Shown here: positions 12,601 through 27,514 of the stretch, in pieces | How the letters are laid out: every line of letters begins with the position of its first letter | How positions within the stretch are numbered: position 1 is the first letter of the stretch | NCBI RefSeq assembly: GCF_964355755.1 | Contig: NC_092673.1 | Location: 3,410,001 to 3,474,000, forward strand | Direction: 5' to 3' | DNA length: 64,000 nt | Source of the DNA: Antedon mediterranea | Taxonomy: Eukaryota; Animalia; Echinodermata | Notes under the pieces: generated by a model | The model's database searches: none | What the model was told of the DNA's origin: nothing | What the model saw: the letters and a program-made list of their open reading frames with translations, nothing else | Program-made: the position numbers and the translations under genes

Positions 12601-15600
12601 TACGTTGTATGATTATGTTTTTTTGGCTTTCTATTTATTAGTTCAATGTCAAATCAATTGTATTTTGTGTGTCTGGATAACTCCGGGTTTGTGATGACCT
12701 AATTAATGTCAGAATGTGGTAACCTTTTATAAATTTCACAAGCATTTGTGTTCGTTGTCAACAAGGATGTACAAATATGGGACAACGACTCGTTTGTATC
12801 TTGTCCCTATCTCTATACCTAATTAATTTTAATGGAAAGCATGATATCCATGTACAATTAAAACATTCTTTAAATAGGATTGTACAGTAATACAATTAAT
12901 TATACAGCGACCTGTATTTCTGCAATGGAACTAACTTGTTTACGTCATCACAAAATGAGTTATGAATTAATAGATAACTCGCAACTATTTTGTTCATAAA
13001 TTTAGGTGGAATCCAGATGCAATTTCTGCATGTTAGTGTTATATATTCATTATAATTAGTTATTTTTTCAATAGTAATATGATATTTTAATAAATAATTT
13101 ACTGTAACTTTTTCATGCTCTGAATGTGACAATACTACTGTATACCAGGCAACAGACATAACAATAATCACATACAATTGAACCACAAACAAAACAATTT
13201 ATATTCAGAGATGTCTACCAATAGTTTGAATCTAAGCTCACCCCAAAACTGTTAGATTGACATACCCCCACCAAACATGACCTAAGGTCGTATTTCATTG
13301 GGTACAGTAGGCTCAAATCCAAGTCAGTATCAATGGAATTTCACCTCAAATTTATAGAGCTACATACCTGGATATTTAGATTAAAATTGAATATGAAAAT
13401 TTATATAACACCTATATAAATTCCTGTCATTTGATTGGACGAATGTGGGTCACATGGCGTGCAATAGTACGCACTATTCAACGATCGTTAAATAGTACTT
13501 TTTGAAACATTTTTGTGTACGAAAAAAAAACGTCTAGATGTTATATAAAACAAATAATGAATGTTTTGTATTCGTGTAATGGTACAAATAATGGCACTTG
13601 GTGAATGATGAAAGGTTATATCAACTCGGCTTTGCCTCGTTGATATAACCTTTCATCATTCACCTCGTGCCATTATTTGTACCATTGCACTCATAAACAT
13701 TCATTATTTGTATAATATCTGATGATTAAAGTCATTAACTAATTACATAATTTATGCTCAATCTCTACATTTTCTTTTAAACTACAAATACATCAATTAT
13801 TGTACAAGGCTGATTACATAATTATAGCACTGGTAATTACCTGGTGGTGACAGGACAATGTACATTTATTACGCTTGGTTTTGTTAACAGTAAAACACTG
13901 CCTGATCAATCCTATACAAATACCTACAATGTGTTAGAACTAATCTACTAGAAATACAATGATATTGCTTTGCAACATACATTGTCAGCAGGTTTCCAAC
14001 CATGGGCATCGTCAGGAATTTTTTAATAAAGGATGCACAATTTCATTTGAGGTGTGCAAACAATTAGAATTGGTCAGAGGTCAATTATTATAATGATAAT
14101 CATTTTGTTTAAAATTCAAAGCTAGCAATTTTATTTAATTAACCATACTATTGATATCCCTAACAAAAATAAATAAAAGATGGATACTTTTAAGGTGGCC
14201 ATTGTGTATTACAATGTAAATTGGTTGCAAATTAGTGATTTTTAAACTTGGTTCCCACTAGCGACGCAACATAAGGAAATGCCCTTCCAATAATTGTGTT
14301 TTCCCCCGTCTGCGTGAAATAAAACTGATTTCCCGCAGCGATGTTTGCAGCAATGTTGTGTCGTCGGTTCCAAATTGTGATTACGCAATGTAGCACTTTG
14401 CGTCGATAGTGGGAACCACGCTTTAGGGCCAAATTAGTAATTAAAGAGGGAACCATAAGAACATTAGTAGTATTAAATGTGTGTTAAAAACAAACATGTT
14501 TCTTTCCAGTACACACATTATAGACTAAATTATAATCATGTTAAATTGTCAGACAGGGTATTATTCGAAATTAACGAAATATGCTATTTTGCGATAATTT
14601 CAATATATTTAGTCATTTGTTAATCACATCATTAAAGTAAAAATCATGTGTTGAGAAACAGGAGACTTATATTAAACAATGATAAAAGCTAAACTGGCTC
14701 TAGAGGCCCAATATAGATTACATAACTGTGTAAACAGATTAAAATCAGGGCCATGGCAAAAACAGAAAAAAGCGGTAAGCCAAAATAAATGCGCTATCTA
14801 TCAACATAGCAAAAACACTATATCTATATTCAGATTAGACTTAAACAGTTCATCCGACTGATGCTATAAAAGATGCTGAATGTTATTTACGTTAAATCCT
14901 ATATAGCTGTAAACTGGGATTTGTAATGAGCGTTTAAAAAAACCAGTTTTTTAAAATTTCATAAATATTGAAATAATAGAAATATGCAAAGCAAAAAAAT
15001 ATGATAAATAGATAAAATTATTAATAGACCTATACTAACTATACTATTGCATAAAAAAAAATAATTTCAAAATTCACAGAAGGCAATAGGATATTAAAAA
15101 TAAAATATTTCTAAAATGCATCATCAACAAGCTATAATAAATAAATAAATAAAATATAAATTGATTTTTGACTTTTACAAAATAATTTACCTTTTCATGT
15201 GCAGACTAGAATTATAGATAGGAAAAAAAATATATATTCTAATTATTATTTGCTTAATGTTAACCTTTATTTATGGAAATAATAAAGAATAGAAATTGAA
15301 ATTTTAAGTTTGGTTTCATTATATTTAACCTATCAACCAAGGTTCACATCCACCCCCCCCCCCCCCCCCCTCACATACGCATATAGGGCGTTGGTAATCA
15401 GCCACTTGTCAACTACAGTTGATTTGATATCATAATTTCAGGAACGTACAGTAAGCCTAGTAATACTTCACCCAACTTTCCAAGTTGAAAAATGTAGGGC
15501 ACATTTTATGGAATTCCTGGGAGATGCATTAATGAAGTCTGATAATAAAAGTGCCTGCCAGCCAATAGGAAGTAAGGAGTAACAACCATTTTTTTAAATT

Positions 15601-18600
15601 GCTCAATTTAAAAAACCGTAATCATTAAATGCTAGTAGAATATTCAAAATTAACAAAAAGCAGGAAGCTCACAAACCTTCTTTTTATATCTTTTGTTATA
15701 ATAACAAATAAATAAACTTGAAAATGTAACAACAGTCCAAAGGAATTATTAATAATGTAAAAATACATAATCTTTTTAAAAAATGGCTTGTACAAACAAT
15801 TTTTGATTGCAAACTCAAAAAAAAAAAAAAATTATTTATAATAGACTATGAATGATATTTATAAAATGTAATTTTAAATAATGTAATTTAAGTTACTATA
15901 TATTTTAAGGTTATTATATAATATGGATCATGTGTGGTAAAGTATAAACCATAATTCAAGTCAACTGTTGATATCACAAACATTAACATACAGCACAACA
16001 TTGTTTAACATGTAATTTAAATGTAATATAATAATTGAGATGTATAATAAAATGTATGAAAATTATTAAATATTTTAGCAGCATCACCAACACCAGCTCT
16101 CCACATAACTAGGAAGGATAAAAGGTCAAATGTAAGGTCATAGTTCAATCAGTATGCAAGCGCAGCCCCTCAGAGTGGACCAATTACAAAGTTGTATATG
16201 ATTCTTGATTATTCTGTGGAGACAATTTAGTGGCTTGAAGAAAGTTTGTTCCTATTTCTTTTGAAAACCGGACCATTTTTATTTCTCATGGCTACATCAC
16301 TGAGGTGTACAAAATAGAACCAAAAGTGTACCCGATTTGCTCACACAGATACAGTTATGTACAGGTACTTTGAAACATTTCTAAATGCGTGCGCTAAATA
16401 AAAGTAAATGTTACTGAAAGCTGCAATTAAGTTAAAGCTGTGTCTACACTAGTAAACTAATTCGACAAAAAAAGTGTGATGGTAGTGGTATTCCCCAATA
16501 TGGAAGTGATATGACATCATCATGTCCATATATGGGCACATCACATTTTTTGTCACACAAAAAGTTTGATAGTGTAGACAGAGCTTAAAAGCTTTAGAGT
16601 CTACGCTATCAAACTAGTCTGACAAAAAAAGTGTGATGTGCCCAAATATGGTAGTGGTATTCCCCAATATGGAAGTGATATGACATCATCATGTCCATAT
16701 ATGGGTACATCACATAAAGTTTGATAGTGTAGACAGAGCTTTAGAGCTAATCCAAAACCTTTGATCAAATGTTGTGTATTGAACTATGACCTTACCAACC
16801 GATCAAGATGAACAATAATATTATAATTTAATTATAAATGTATGAAAACAAGATGGAAGGCATGCTATGGTATACAAAAAGGTGGTATGGACATCAATAC
16901 AGTACATTCACTCATTCTGTTTTCATTCCACACAGTGCAATTGCAATCGACAGACACAGTGCATTATGGGTATGAGAGAAGAGAAATTGAAAAAGAAAAT
17001 AAAAGTTTAAATTTGATCGAAAATGACCACAAACCTGAAAATAATCCTATATTGATGAAGGACGGAGGCAAGAAAAGTGAAAAGAATTTTACGAATCATT
17101 ACATTACATAATAAAATGGTACAAATATACTACGGAGGTCAACGAACTGTAAAGTGTCAACAAGTGCAAGGAAGAGTAAACAATAAAATATTTAAAAATT
17201 AAGAATGATTTAAGTTCATAATCAAGTGTCTTGCTGAAAACAATGAAAAGAAATATAAATATTTTCATAGAACCATGAGACATGAATGTAAAGGTCGAAG
17301 TTCAAATGATCAAAATAACATATACTGTAATATACAATTGTCGTATATGTAGTAACTAGCGGATTTTATTTATCCATCTAAAATAACAATATGTATTAAA
17401 TAATAGTACCAGCATAACTACAATATTGACACATTCAAATATTTAAATTAAACTGATCGGTTTTCTATCAAAGTTTGATGTGTCCATCTAATCATTTAAA
17501 ATGAATACCCTACGGTGAGTATAGTTGCTCCAACACCCACTGACCCTATCAATTTGCACCCACCCTTTAAATTGCTGTATGGTACCAATAAAACATGGTA
17601 AAATACCATATCAAATTCCAACATTATAAAATCATATATTAATATTTATGGAATTCAATGAATTTCTATCAACACACACACACCTTTGCAAGGAAATATA
17701 ATGAAATGTAAATATTATTCTTCTTAGCTAATATTTACCTACTCCAGTCATTAACTAAACTATTTGTTTTACTCTAGCCATACACTAACTAGCAGGTCCA
17801 TGAAATGCAATGCTGCAGATATTTTATGTACCGAGTTGCTTAAAATATTGTTCGATAACTAGGTAACACACAGTAGATAGTAATCATTCTGAATGAAGTA
17901 AACTTCGCTGAACCTGGCATGATAAATGTACTCGATACAAATGTTTACAAAAAAACTTATTAAAAGACCTTGAGTTTCATAAAAACGGTTTTTAGATTTG
18001 TTTTAAATGATGTGATTAAAAGCCTTTCTCTTTAATTAGTGTTTGTTCGGTATCAAACACAGAGAAATTAAATTAACATGGAATTGTGATATTTTTCTAG
18101 TGTTATTACCATATGTCATTGGTCCTGATTGTTATTAATTTGAACTAATTACTCAATCCCAGCATAGATAAGTGTAGTTTAATGATCTATTATTTTCCTT
18201 ATTTGCATTTCTTGAAAAACGTGTGACGAAAAGAAAGCAAAACACTTGAGAAAAATCAATATAGCTATCTATCACAAACACAACGCAGTGATCTAGGTGT
18301 GTGGTCAAACGCTATGATGTAACGACACACCGGTCAGGTTTATTCAACTTGATGGAGGGCATGAAATAAATGTTGACGGGGTGGGAAATATTTAGGCTAC
18401 AGTAGGACCCCATTTACACTTACAATTTAGGCCGGCCCTGGGTCGGCAATTGATAAGTGTAAATACTCCAAAAAGTTAGGCCGGCCCTGGGCCGGACGCA
18501 GATCTGGGCCACCTCTCCATGTAGGTTCAGGAGCGGCTTTTACGTTTGGGTCGGCTTACGCAGTGAACCGTGAACAACGTTTGACCTTTTTATGAGGTTG

Positions 18601-21600
18601 TTGTTATGACGATCCGACATTTTCAGTACATACCTTCCTCCTTTTCGGGCGACAATTTGTTTTCTTCATCATTTATATAGTTAAATTTATTTTCAGACAT
18701 CTTCTTTCAATAAAGTATTCCTCCGCTTGTTTCGCATATACATAAAATACAGCCATATTATATATAAAACAGTGGGGTTCATTTTGTTTTTAATGGGACA
18801 AAAAAACAACAATACAGTATAAATATAAAACGGTCGGTTCGCGCGGAGAGTTGAATTGACGATCGAGAGAGAAAAAATGTAAACAAACTGTACTTCGTAT
18901 CCCAGCATGCAATGGTACTTCCGATAAAATTATTTACGACCAGTAATCTGCGTCGCTAGTGTAAACGCTCTGGGGCCGGCCTAAAAGATAAATATTTGCA
19001 ACCGGCCCAGGACCGGCCCTGGACCCAAACGTAAGTGTAAATGGGGTCTTAGTGGTTTATCTTTCCAGAGAAGTATAGAGATGGGTGTGTGAAGAAAACA
19101 AATAACAGTATTTTTTGGTAGGTGTCTTGTGGGAATATACTGTAGTCTGGTCTAGACTAAAGAAGCTTTTAGGGTGATTAGAATACTTGGAAGGTGGGTG
19201 TTTCCGCCCACCTCTGGCCAGCACAAAGCTCTCTTATCGTATCCAAACTTTAATAAGTTATTAAATAATAATTAATTTAATAAATATCTGAATCTTATCA
19301 TACCATAGGTACACTGTCAAATACTCACCCAACAGCCCCAAAATATTGGTTGAAACAACGTTACTCGTTTCAATTTCATCATACTTCCATAAATTTTAGA
19401 CACAATATTCAGATTATATGGGCTGATGTGTAAACATCATTATGAACATAGGGACACTTTCTTGCCTTGAGTAATAAATGTTAATCTACATTTAGGGCAT
19501 ATTATGTCAAGATCAAAGATTTTGATTGGGTATAAATAAAGATCTATTAATTTGTAATATCCTTAAAAATCCCAAGAGGGAAAAAGTGACATATTAAGCT
19601 GTTGATATTAATCATGAATAAGTACTGTAGCAAAGGATATCAAATATTTTAAAAGAATTTTAAGATTGTACTTTTACTGCTGGCAAAATTTAAGACAACA
19701 AATTTTAACGTATAAAAAATAATATAAAGGTATTGGAATAAGGTTTATCGCAAATAGCGTCACCGCACAATGCATGATGGGAAGGGTTTGAGAGCAATAG
19801 AGCCACCGTATAATAAAACTTTATATTCTGGTGGTGATATATTGCCCCCAATTTCTTCCCATCATGCATCGCTCACGCTATTTTCAATAAACCTTATGCA
19901 ATACTTTATCAAATTTACAGTTTAAATAAGATTTTATACTCAATTATTAAAATATTATTTGAGGTTGAATTTAAATTTTAAATACTTTGAGTTGAGTTTG
20001 AGAAAATAAAAGTATGTACAGTATTAGAGACATAATTAAATATATTGACAGCGAAGCTACAATTTTAAAAAGCTTTAATTTTAAATACTGTTGTAATTAC
20101 TTTGAGTTTAAATAAGTACAGTATATTTGCATTATTTGATTTATTCAATATTGGCTCATTATAATTACAACAGAAGACATAAAAATATATAATGAAACAA
20201 AAAACCAGGATTGTCACAAGCGAACCCATATATAAATAATATAATATTTTCATATTAACAGTGAAGCTATACAAAAATGATAATACTGTATAACTTCTAC
20301 CAAATGTCCACTATGTAAAAAATATGCAGGCTGAATATAACACAGTGCTCACAGTTTGTTTAATATCATTATTGTGCAATGCTAAGTAGACGAGTGAACT
20401 CAGCTAAGCACTCCTCGTTATTAAAATAAGTCATGCAAGACAGAAATAAATTATCATCTTGAATATGCATGTAACGATGAAGACCATCGTCATTTTACAG
20501 GAGCGGCTACTGCTGCTCATCAGTGCGTAAAGAAGTAACAAAAGCAACGGCTGATTGAAAGAGGTTGGGATTGGTAATCAGCTACTGTTAAAGCAGTCTG
20601 GATATATTGTACCATGAATAAATCATGTATATACATTCTCTGTACACCAACAGTTGTGGAATATACCAATTGTTTTATCTCATCGTTAGATGGATAAATT
20701 TATTTTAACCGTGATTTTAATTTTTATTACAATACTTTGTGTACTGTTACAATGTTATACAGCCTCGTGGAAGTTTTTTTTCCCTTGCAAAAATAAAGAT
20801 TTTATTATTATTATTAATTAATGATATAAAACAGACATTGTTATAATAACGACTTTAAAGATACAAATAAAATTGTGAAAGATAACAATCTCATCATTAA
20901 ATAGATAATTAAATAATGAATTTAAATGTAGCATAATTAATAATGAATAATAATACAAATTAAATTTGTTATTTTAGGAGTCATTTCCATCAGTTAATTT
21001 TAAATACAATTCTAGATTGAAATTAAACAGATGCTTTATGTTATATTTCTAAATGTGTCTTCTTTTTCATCTTTTGTATCTTTCTTTCTTCGGAGAGAAA
21101 ATAAATTGTCAATTTGTCGAGGTATAAGCTGGGGACGAAATACCCTTCTGGATGATTCTGATAATAGGTATTTCCATTAATTCCATAATTTTCATTTTTA
21201 ATATCAAAATTATGTCAATGAACCTTATTAAAAACCAATCAAAAGTAATTTAAATAACAGGTAGTGCACAAAAAAATACACACAGTATTTTTAAAGATTA
21301 AAAGTGCATTGTGCGGTAAATGATGCGAAACCTAGCTATAGGGCATTACCCTAGTGCATCAATAAAGGTTTGTAACTTTCACAAATAAAAAGTATTTATA
21401 GAGTTCCCTTGTGATTTTGGTATTTAATCTTGCCATGATTACATTGGGTGCTAATTAAAAATGTGGAAAAATGTAACAACTAATGATTTCAATTCATGTT
21501 TACATACTAAAATCACACAAATGTCTTTTATGTTCTTGTTGGTCCAAAGTAAGAACATGTACTATACAATGTGAAGTTCGTAAATATTAAGCTCTGTCTA

Positions 21601-23653
21601 CTACTAGTTTGACAAAAAGGTGTGATGTGCTCAAATATGGTAGAGATATGCCCAAATATGGTAGGGGTATGCCCAAATCTGATAGTGATATGACATCATT
21701 AAGTCCATATTATGGGCACATCACATTTTTTGTCACATAAAGTTTGATAGTGTAGACAGAGCTTTAGGCTTGGGTGTCACCCAAACACTTTATGCAGTTG
21801 TTCAGGGTTAGAGGTAGGCGAGTGAAATATCCTACATTCACTAATCCGACCAATCAGTTCTCTACTATTAAGAAGCCTCTTCGTTTAACTAATCTTGTAC
21901 TTAAATTTATGTATAAAAGTACTAAGAATTAACTAGAATAATTAATATTCAAAGCCCTTTCAACCACTTTAATTTAATTTCTAGACTTTCCTCTTTGATA
22001 AACTGTACAGTACTATACTATACTATACTATATGTATTGCCAATGTTGATTGTCTTATATTGACTGTTATCATCCTATAGATCTCACTATTAGTAATTAT
22101 ATTTTCCTATTCTATTATACTGAATTAATACAACTTCCTGTCACCTTTGTTATACCAAGGAATTGATAAATTATGTCATCCGTTAAATTATGATAAACGT
22201 TAAACAATAAAATAAAAATAGCACAACAATTTTTAATCATAATACTGTATTTAAATAATTTGAAAATGGGTGTATATGACATACTTCAGAAATATAGTAG
22301 GCCAATTATATTTTAAAAATATTTTGAATCCAAAATTGAATAGAGACATGGTTCATGGAATGTACCATTGTTTGATAGGGATGAATGTTTATGTATTTGA
22401 GTTATAGGGCTCTTCTTTGATAGAAATTGGCCAGTATCAGTTTTCTTTTATTGGAGAAAAATAATTTTTTTCCAAATTATTTAAACTTACCTTTCTTATA
22501 TTATTATTGTGAATGTTGCTTCAAAATATGTTAAATAATTTATTCAAACGGTTAACATTCATGGATGCTAATAAATTGGTTGAACGACGCCCACACAAAC
22601 ATAAGGATTAACATTTGAATGCCTACTTCAATGCATTGTTATCTAAAGACTGGCTATGTAGGCTAGACAATTAATAACAAAGGTGCTCTTGGTGTAGTTT
22701 TAAACCTACACAATATGGCGTGCAAGTGTTTTAACACTTTTACTACAACAAATGGATGTATAGCAGTGCATTAATACACTGTCTTAGTCTATAGTCTTTA
22801 ATATCAGTTGATCTTGTGGATATTGGTTAGATGTAGATATATGTAGTGTAATGTTAACTATATGAGACAACACATTAATGATTATTTTACTCTTCCCAGG
22901 CATTACACATTAGACTACATTAGCTAATGTGAAATGCATTTCATATGTAGTTTTATTTACATACAAGCCTACTGTATGCTTTATAAAAAAAGTCATTGTA
23001 GTTTAATTACCCTACCATAGTCATCATGCTGGGAGTTAAGCCCACCCATACTGCGGTTTTTTGGATGGGCTTTTACAACTGATGACTTAACCAACACTTA
23101 CATGAACCATTTACTTCCTCTTCCCACACTTCAAAATTTATAAATAATTTGAATAAATTTGATTAATATTAAATTATAATAACAAAAATTATTCTATGAG
23201 TATGTGACATTATCTCAACAATGAAGTACAGTACATGCACGCTTTATGGAGGTTTAGGAGGCAAGGTGTCACACAATGAATTTTCGACAATCTCAAAGGA
23301 CAGGACTGAGGATTATAACTTTGTTTTCGTTCCTCCTAGCAGCAGATAGGAAAGGACTGAAAGCAGAATATGTACCAGTCATTTATGATCACATGAAAGA
23401 TAACAGTATTTACCTTAAGCTGGCTTTCTACTATCGCTTCCAATTCCTCGCGAAAAGCTTGACTGTTTAAGATCAACGAAACGCGCCTGTTGCGTTCCAT
23501 GTCTTTCATATCGGCTTTGATGTTTGCTGGTCTCTGGCTCTCTTTTTCCAGCACCTCCATTTCCGTAAGTTCCTCCTGTGGGGGCGGTGTTGCCTGTTTT
23601 GCATCCCCATTCACCATCGGCTCCTGCGTATCATTTGGTACTACGTCAGCCAT
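6669..23653 (-). CDS. ADD1: Adducin (alpha-adducin/hts-like), first two coding exons; the gene continues past the window start
   Basis: Exon 23414-23653 encodes MADVVPND...DMKDMERNRRVSLILNSQAFREELEAIVESQLK, with acceptor TAG before 23667 and donor AAG|GTAAAT (phase 0). It splices in phase to exon 6669-6765 (TTCAG|TGPHPASLLALQQITDLILPHSRFNQSSGSRA|GTAGG). This matches the adducin head motif RxRVSxILxSxAFxEELE...GxxPxxLLALQQI. The intron between them is about 16.6 kb. The symbol is family-level, since invertebrates usually have one adducin. Confidence 0.93.
8096..8261. mobile_element. MITE family A copy carrying a CTGTA insertion in its left TIR
   Basis: TCTGTCTACTGTATACTATC versus consensus TCTGTCTACACTATC; the right TIR is intact. 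Confidence 0.85.
9272..9430. mobile_element. MITE family A copy
   Basis: TIRs and internal subrepeats are present. Confidence 0.87.
10790..10919. mobile_element. MITE family A copy
   Basis: TIRs with TAA/TAA target-site duplication. Confidence 0.87.
13401..13714. mobile_element. About 310-bp element with a long 3' hairpin, copy 1 (possibly non-autonomous Crypton-like)
   Basis: Near-identical to 45368-45671. Arms of about 75 bp surround CTCGGCTTTGCCTCG; TATA-type termini; no TIR or TSD. The superfamily assignment is tentative. Confidence 0.75.
14245..14422. mobile_element. MITE related to family B (same TIRs, different interior)
   Basis: TTA|AACTTGGTTCCCACTAGCGACGCAA...TTGCGTCGATAGTGGGAACCACGCT|TTA. 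Confidence 0.85.
16436..16740. mobile_element. Two adjacent MITE family A copies (16436-16585 and about 16590-16740)
   Basis: Head-to-tail copies that share the private variant GGTATTCCCCAATATGGAAG. Confidence 0.88.
18406..19049. mobile_element. About 645-bp non-autonomous TIR DNA transposon (Harbinger-like termini)
   Basis: GACCCCATTTACACTTAC...GTAAGTGTAAATGGGGTC, with repeated AGGCCGGCCCTGGG subterminal motifs. It is GC/CpG-rich relative to the flanks; the TSD is unclear. Confidence 0.8.
19739..19897. mobile_element. Palindromic MITE family C; a second degenerate copy lies at about 6851-6958
   Basis: ATAAGGTTTAT...ATAAACCTTAT termini, with internal AAATAGCGT..TGCATGATGGGAA and its inverse TTCCCATCATGCA..ACGCTATTT. 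The same motifs occur at 6858-6945. Confidence 0.78.
21590..21763. mobile_element. MITE family A copy (3 subrepeats)
   Basis: TIRs with TTA/TTA target-site duplication. Confidence 0.9.
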
Positions 23654-26510
23654 TTTAATTCAGTAACCTAGAGAAATATGGTATAACAGTTTTATTAAGA
23701 ATTCCAGAACACATTATATTTTACCATTGAATGGATTCATATTTAAATATAAAACCTACCTGTAGCAACGATTGATCGATGTTTTTGAGTAAATACTATA
23801 GTTACTAGCAGTACTACTTTGTTTATGATTTTCTATTTCACTATTGAAAGCCTGGCTAACTTCAGATCACACCCCAGCAACTCTTCCTATTGTCCTGGAG
23901 ACAATGATGTCTTTGTCCAGGATTTTCCTACCATCTTTTGAATCAATAATCATTGTCCATTAAATGTATTAACCGAGTAACTGTACCTCTTTTTGTTCAA
24001 AACAAACATCAAATTCACATTGTTGAACAACAATACTTAAATTAAAGACATTCTATTTTTTTTTATATTTTTGTAATCACAATTTAGAATTGAGAGCTAA
24101 ACAAGAACTATACTGTACACATACTTTAGTACAGTGATGCAGTTTACCATATAAATTACAGTATATCTATGAGTTTACAAAATACAACTGCTTACTTGTA
24201 GTACTGTATTTAATTCATCATCATAATTATCTGTAAACGTACTATACTTAAAGTTTGTACCAAAGTGAACTTTGTATCAGAGACAACTCGACAAAGCTGA
24301 ATCTAATCAGAGCAAATTTTACTATCAAACCTAGTCAAGATATATAACAAAATCAATAAAAATGAACAATTATACCTTTTATATTCCAATAATTTGTCTC
24401 CAGCAATTCTAAGGCAAAATGTAATAATCTACTTTATAAATTTTACACAAGTGGAACAGTGAAAAAATCCAGCAACTACAGTAAGTACAGTACATTCAAC
24501 TATTGTTTGTTGCCGGTTATAACCTGTACGGTGCAAGTACATGTGCAGACAAACGGTAATACACATAACAATGGAAGTGTAAACAGAACGCTAAAAACTG
24601 TCAACAGTGTCTATTGACATAATTTCCTGTTGGTGGTAAAGAATGAAACGAAAGCCCGCCATTGATGACTCATAACCATCTCTTGTCTAGGGAGTAATAC
24701 ACGACAAAATGAAAATTCTAGGGAGGCTTTATTTATTACAATCCAAAGGTCTACTGAGAATGTTATTGTTGTACACAGATACAAATTACAAGACAAAATA
24801 GGAATTTTCATATGAATATTACTAAAGCTCTATCTACACAGTATCAAACTGTAAATGACAACAAAATGTGATATGCCCCATATGGACATGATGATGTCAT
24901 ATCACTACCATATTTGGGCATATCACTGCCAATTTTGAGCACATCAAACTTTTTTGTCAAACTAGTTTGATAGTATACACAGAATTTGAAGTGCAAGTTC
25001 AGTGGTTTTACACTTGTTGCTGAACTGTTAATTAGCAAAAATTTCAGAAAATATCAAAAGGGTTTATAAACCATAAATTTTATTCATATAAACTTGAGCT
25101 TACTGTAAATAGATGAAAATAAAATTTGTTTGAATTACATTACCATGTTCAAAATATGTTTGTACATAAAATGTTTGTATATAAAATGCATTCTGGGAAT
25201 TTGTAACCAGTTGAATTCCAGCTTTGGGCATCACATTTGTTGGAAATGCTGTAAAGACTATTAACATTAATGTACTGACATGTGCGCTGCATGAAAACAA
25301 GCTGTTGACTGACATGCCTGTCAATCATCATATCTATATGCTACTGACCTTAAATTATATAATACTAAATCTACAATACATTGATATTGCTGGCAATTTG
25401 TCAAGTTATAACATTTAACAATCAATATAAAATAAATAAATATAAAGGCTTACAACTTATAGTTAAAATATAATACAATATGGAACCTTGTTCATTTATT
25501 AAATTAAATTAACTTTAACAGCACGATATAGCCGAGGTGTAAATCAATCATGGTGGTTTAAAATGCATGTCATGGTTATATTTTTTATGATTTTAAAGCT
25601 GTACATCACGTTTAACTTTGTCAAGGCACGTAATGCTACTGCTTTGGCTAAGGTGTACTAATCAATAATAACATCTACAGTACAGAGTCCATGATTTGAA
25701 ATTCTCTGCTTGTTTTTAAGATCATGCTTAAAAGAGTCATGTTTTGCTGGGGGTTCCCCCAGTCTAGCCTTTCCCACCCCTGAAAATATGCCGATGATAT
25801 TCTGTATATTCATCTGTTGTTTTGAAATTTAGGTATTGACTATCTATCTACTGTAATGATATCTCTATTAAATCTGTAAGTTTAAAGCCCTGTTCACACC
25901 CATGTTCGGGACTAGCGTACGACTCTTTTAGTGTTTAGTATCACAGTACATCACTATCTGTTTTTTTTGTTCTATATATCAATTTTTATCATATTTTGTG
26001 GTCAGTTTTGAGATTATATAGTCTATTTGTGGTTTATAAGAAAACAGTATGAATCATATAGTATTGATGTGGTAATTCCCCATTAATACCACACACACAC
26101 CATTTTATAATATTATGTATGTATGCATTGACTGAATAAATGGATTCAAATACAGATCAATATATGAATAACTAATGATGCTCATTTATTATTCTAAATT
26201 TCACAACAGATTAATTCATTATTCACTGGCTAAATGCAATTCAATTAAGCATCTTATGAAAACACAGATTATTAATAATGATACAATCATACAGTAACAG
26301 TGAAAAAAATAAGTTTGTAGTTTAGCATTCCTATACTACAGACAGTACAGTAGTACTGTAGTACAGTATGCATATTTAGCAAACTGAATTCAGACTTGAA
26401 CGTATTCCAAGTATTATAATAATGGATTTATAAAACACCAATTATAATACTACAGGTGATATGAGATAATGGCTTATTTTACAGTTTACTGTACTCTTGC
26501 TAATACAGTA

Positions 26511-26760
26511 TTTGTACTGCAGTCTCCCTGCTTGTACTGCAGTCTCCCTGCTTGTACTGCAGTCTCCCTGCTTGTACTGCAGTCTCCCTGCTTGTACTGC
26601 AGTCTCCCTGCTTGTACTGCAGTCTCCCTGCTTGTACTGCAGTCTCTCTGCTTGTACTGCAGTCTCCCTGCTTGTACTGCAGTCTCTCTGCTTGTACTGC
26701 AGTCTCTCTGCTTGTACTGCAGTCTCCCTGCTTGTACTGCAGTCTCCCTGCTTGTACTGC
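26511..26760. repeat. Minisatellite, 20-bp unit CTTGTACTGCAGTCTCCCTG, about 12.5 copies
   Basis: Near-perfect tandem array; it explains the six overlapping ORFs at 26442-26812. Confidence 0.97.
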
Positions 26761-26938
26761 ATGAACCAATATTAATATCACATGGACCCCCATAATTCGT
26801 TTCGTATTTCATTCATTTCGTAACATTTATTCAACCAAAAAGTAGTGCATATTTTATTTAACATACATTTTAACTAATATTTTCTTCTTAATTTTGTTAG
26901 GATCTGGTTTAGAAGTAATAAACTTATCTCAGTCATAA

Positions 26939-27240
26939 GACTTTATAAAACCCCTATTATAAAATGGAACCATCCTTTACCCATACTGTACAAACTATAT
27001 ATACCTGTACAGCATGTTACTAGTGCACAGAACAGTAACACTGTACAGGTACACTATAACGACTTTATAAAACCCCTATTATAAAATAGAACCTTCCTTC
27101 ACCCATACTGTACAAACTATATATACCTGTACAGCATGTTACTAGTGCACAGAACAGTAAACACTGTACAGGTGGTACACTATAATGACTTTATAAAACC
27201 CCTATTATAAAATAGAACCTTCCTTCACCCTTACTATACA
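26939..27240. repeat. Tandem duplication, about 122-127-bp unit, about 2.4 copies
   Basis: GACTTTATAAAACCCCTATTATAAAAT starts at 26939, 27061 and 27188. Confidence 0.92.
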
Positions 27241-27514
27241 AATTACTATGGCTACCCTGTATGTTACAGGTGTACAGTATACTGTAACCCATGTATTCAA
27301 AGATAAACCATGAATGGGTATTGTGGCCTTCCACAAGAAATCAATACAATTCGTATTTGGCAAACAAACTGCACAGATATTTTATCGTCTGCTACTCGGG
27401 CTAAAGCAATAAATCAATTGTACTGTACTGTACATTGTCATACTGTAGCTACTGGTACACAGGCCTACTACTACAATACAATAAAGCTCATGAAAAATTA
27501 CTATTCTGATCTAC

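Noticed and set aside
26442-26812. Six overlapping ORFs with repetitive peptides (CSTSRETAVQAGRLQYKQGD)
   Set aside because: Artefact of a stop-free 20-bp minisatellite; there are no splice signals or homology.
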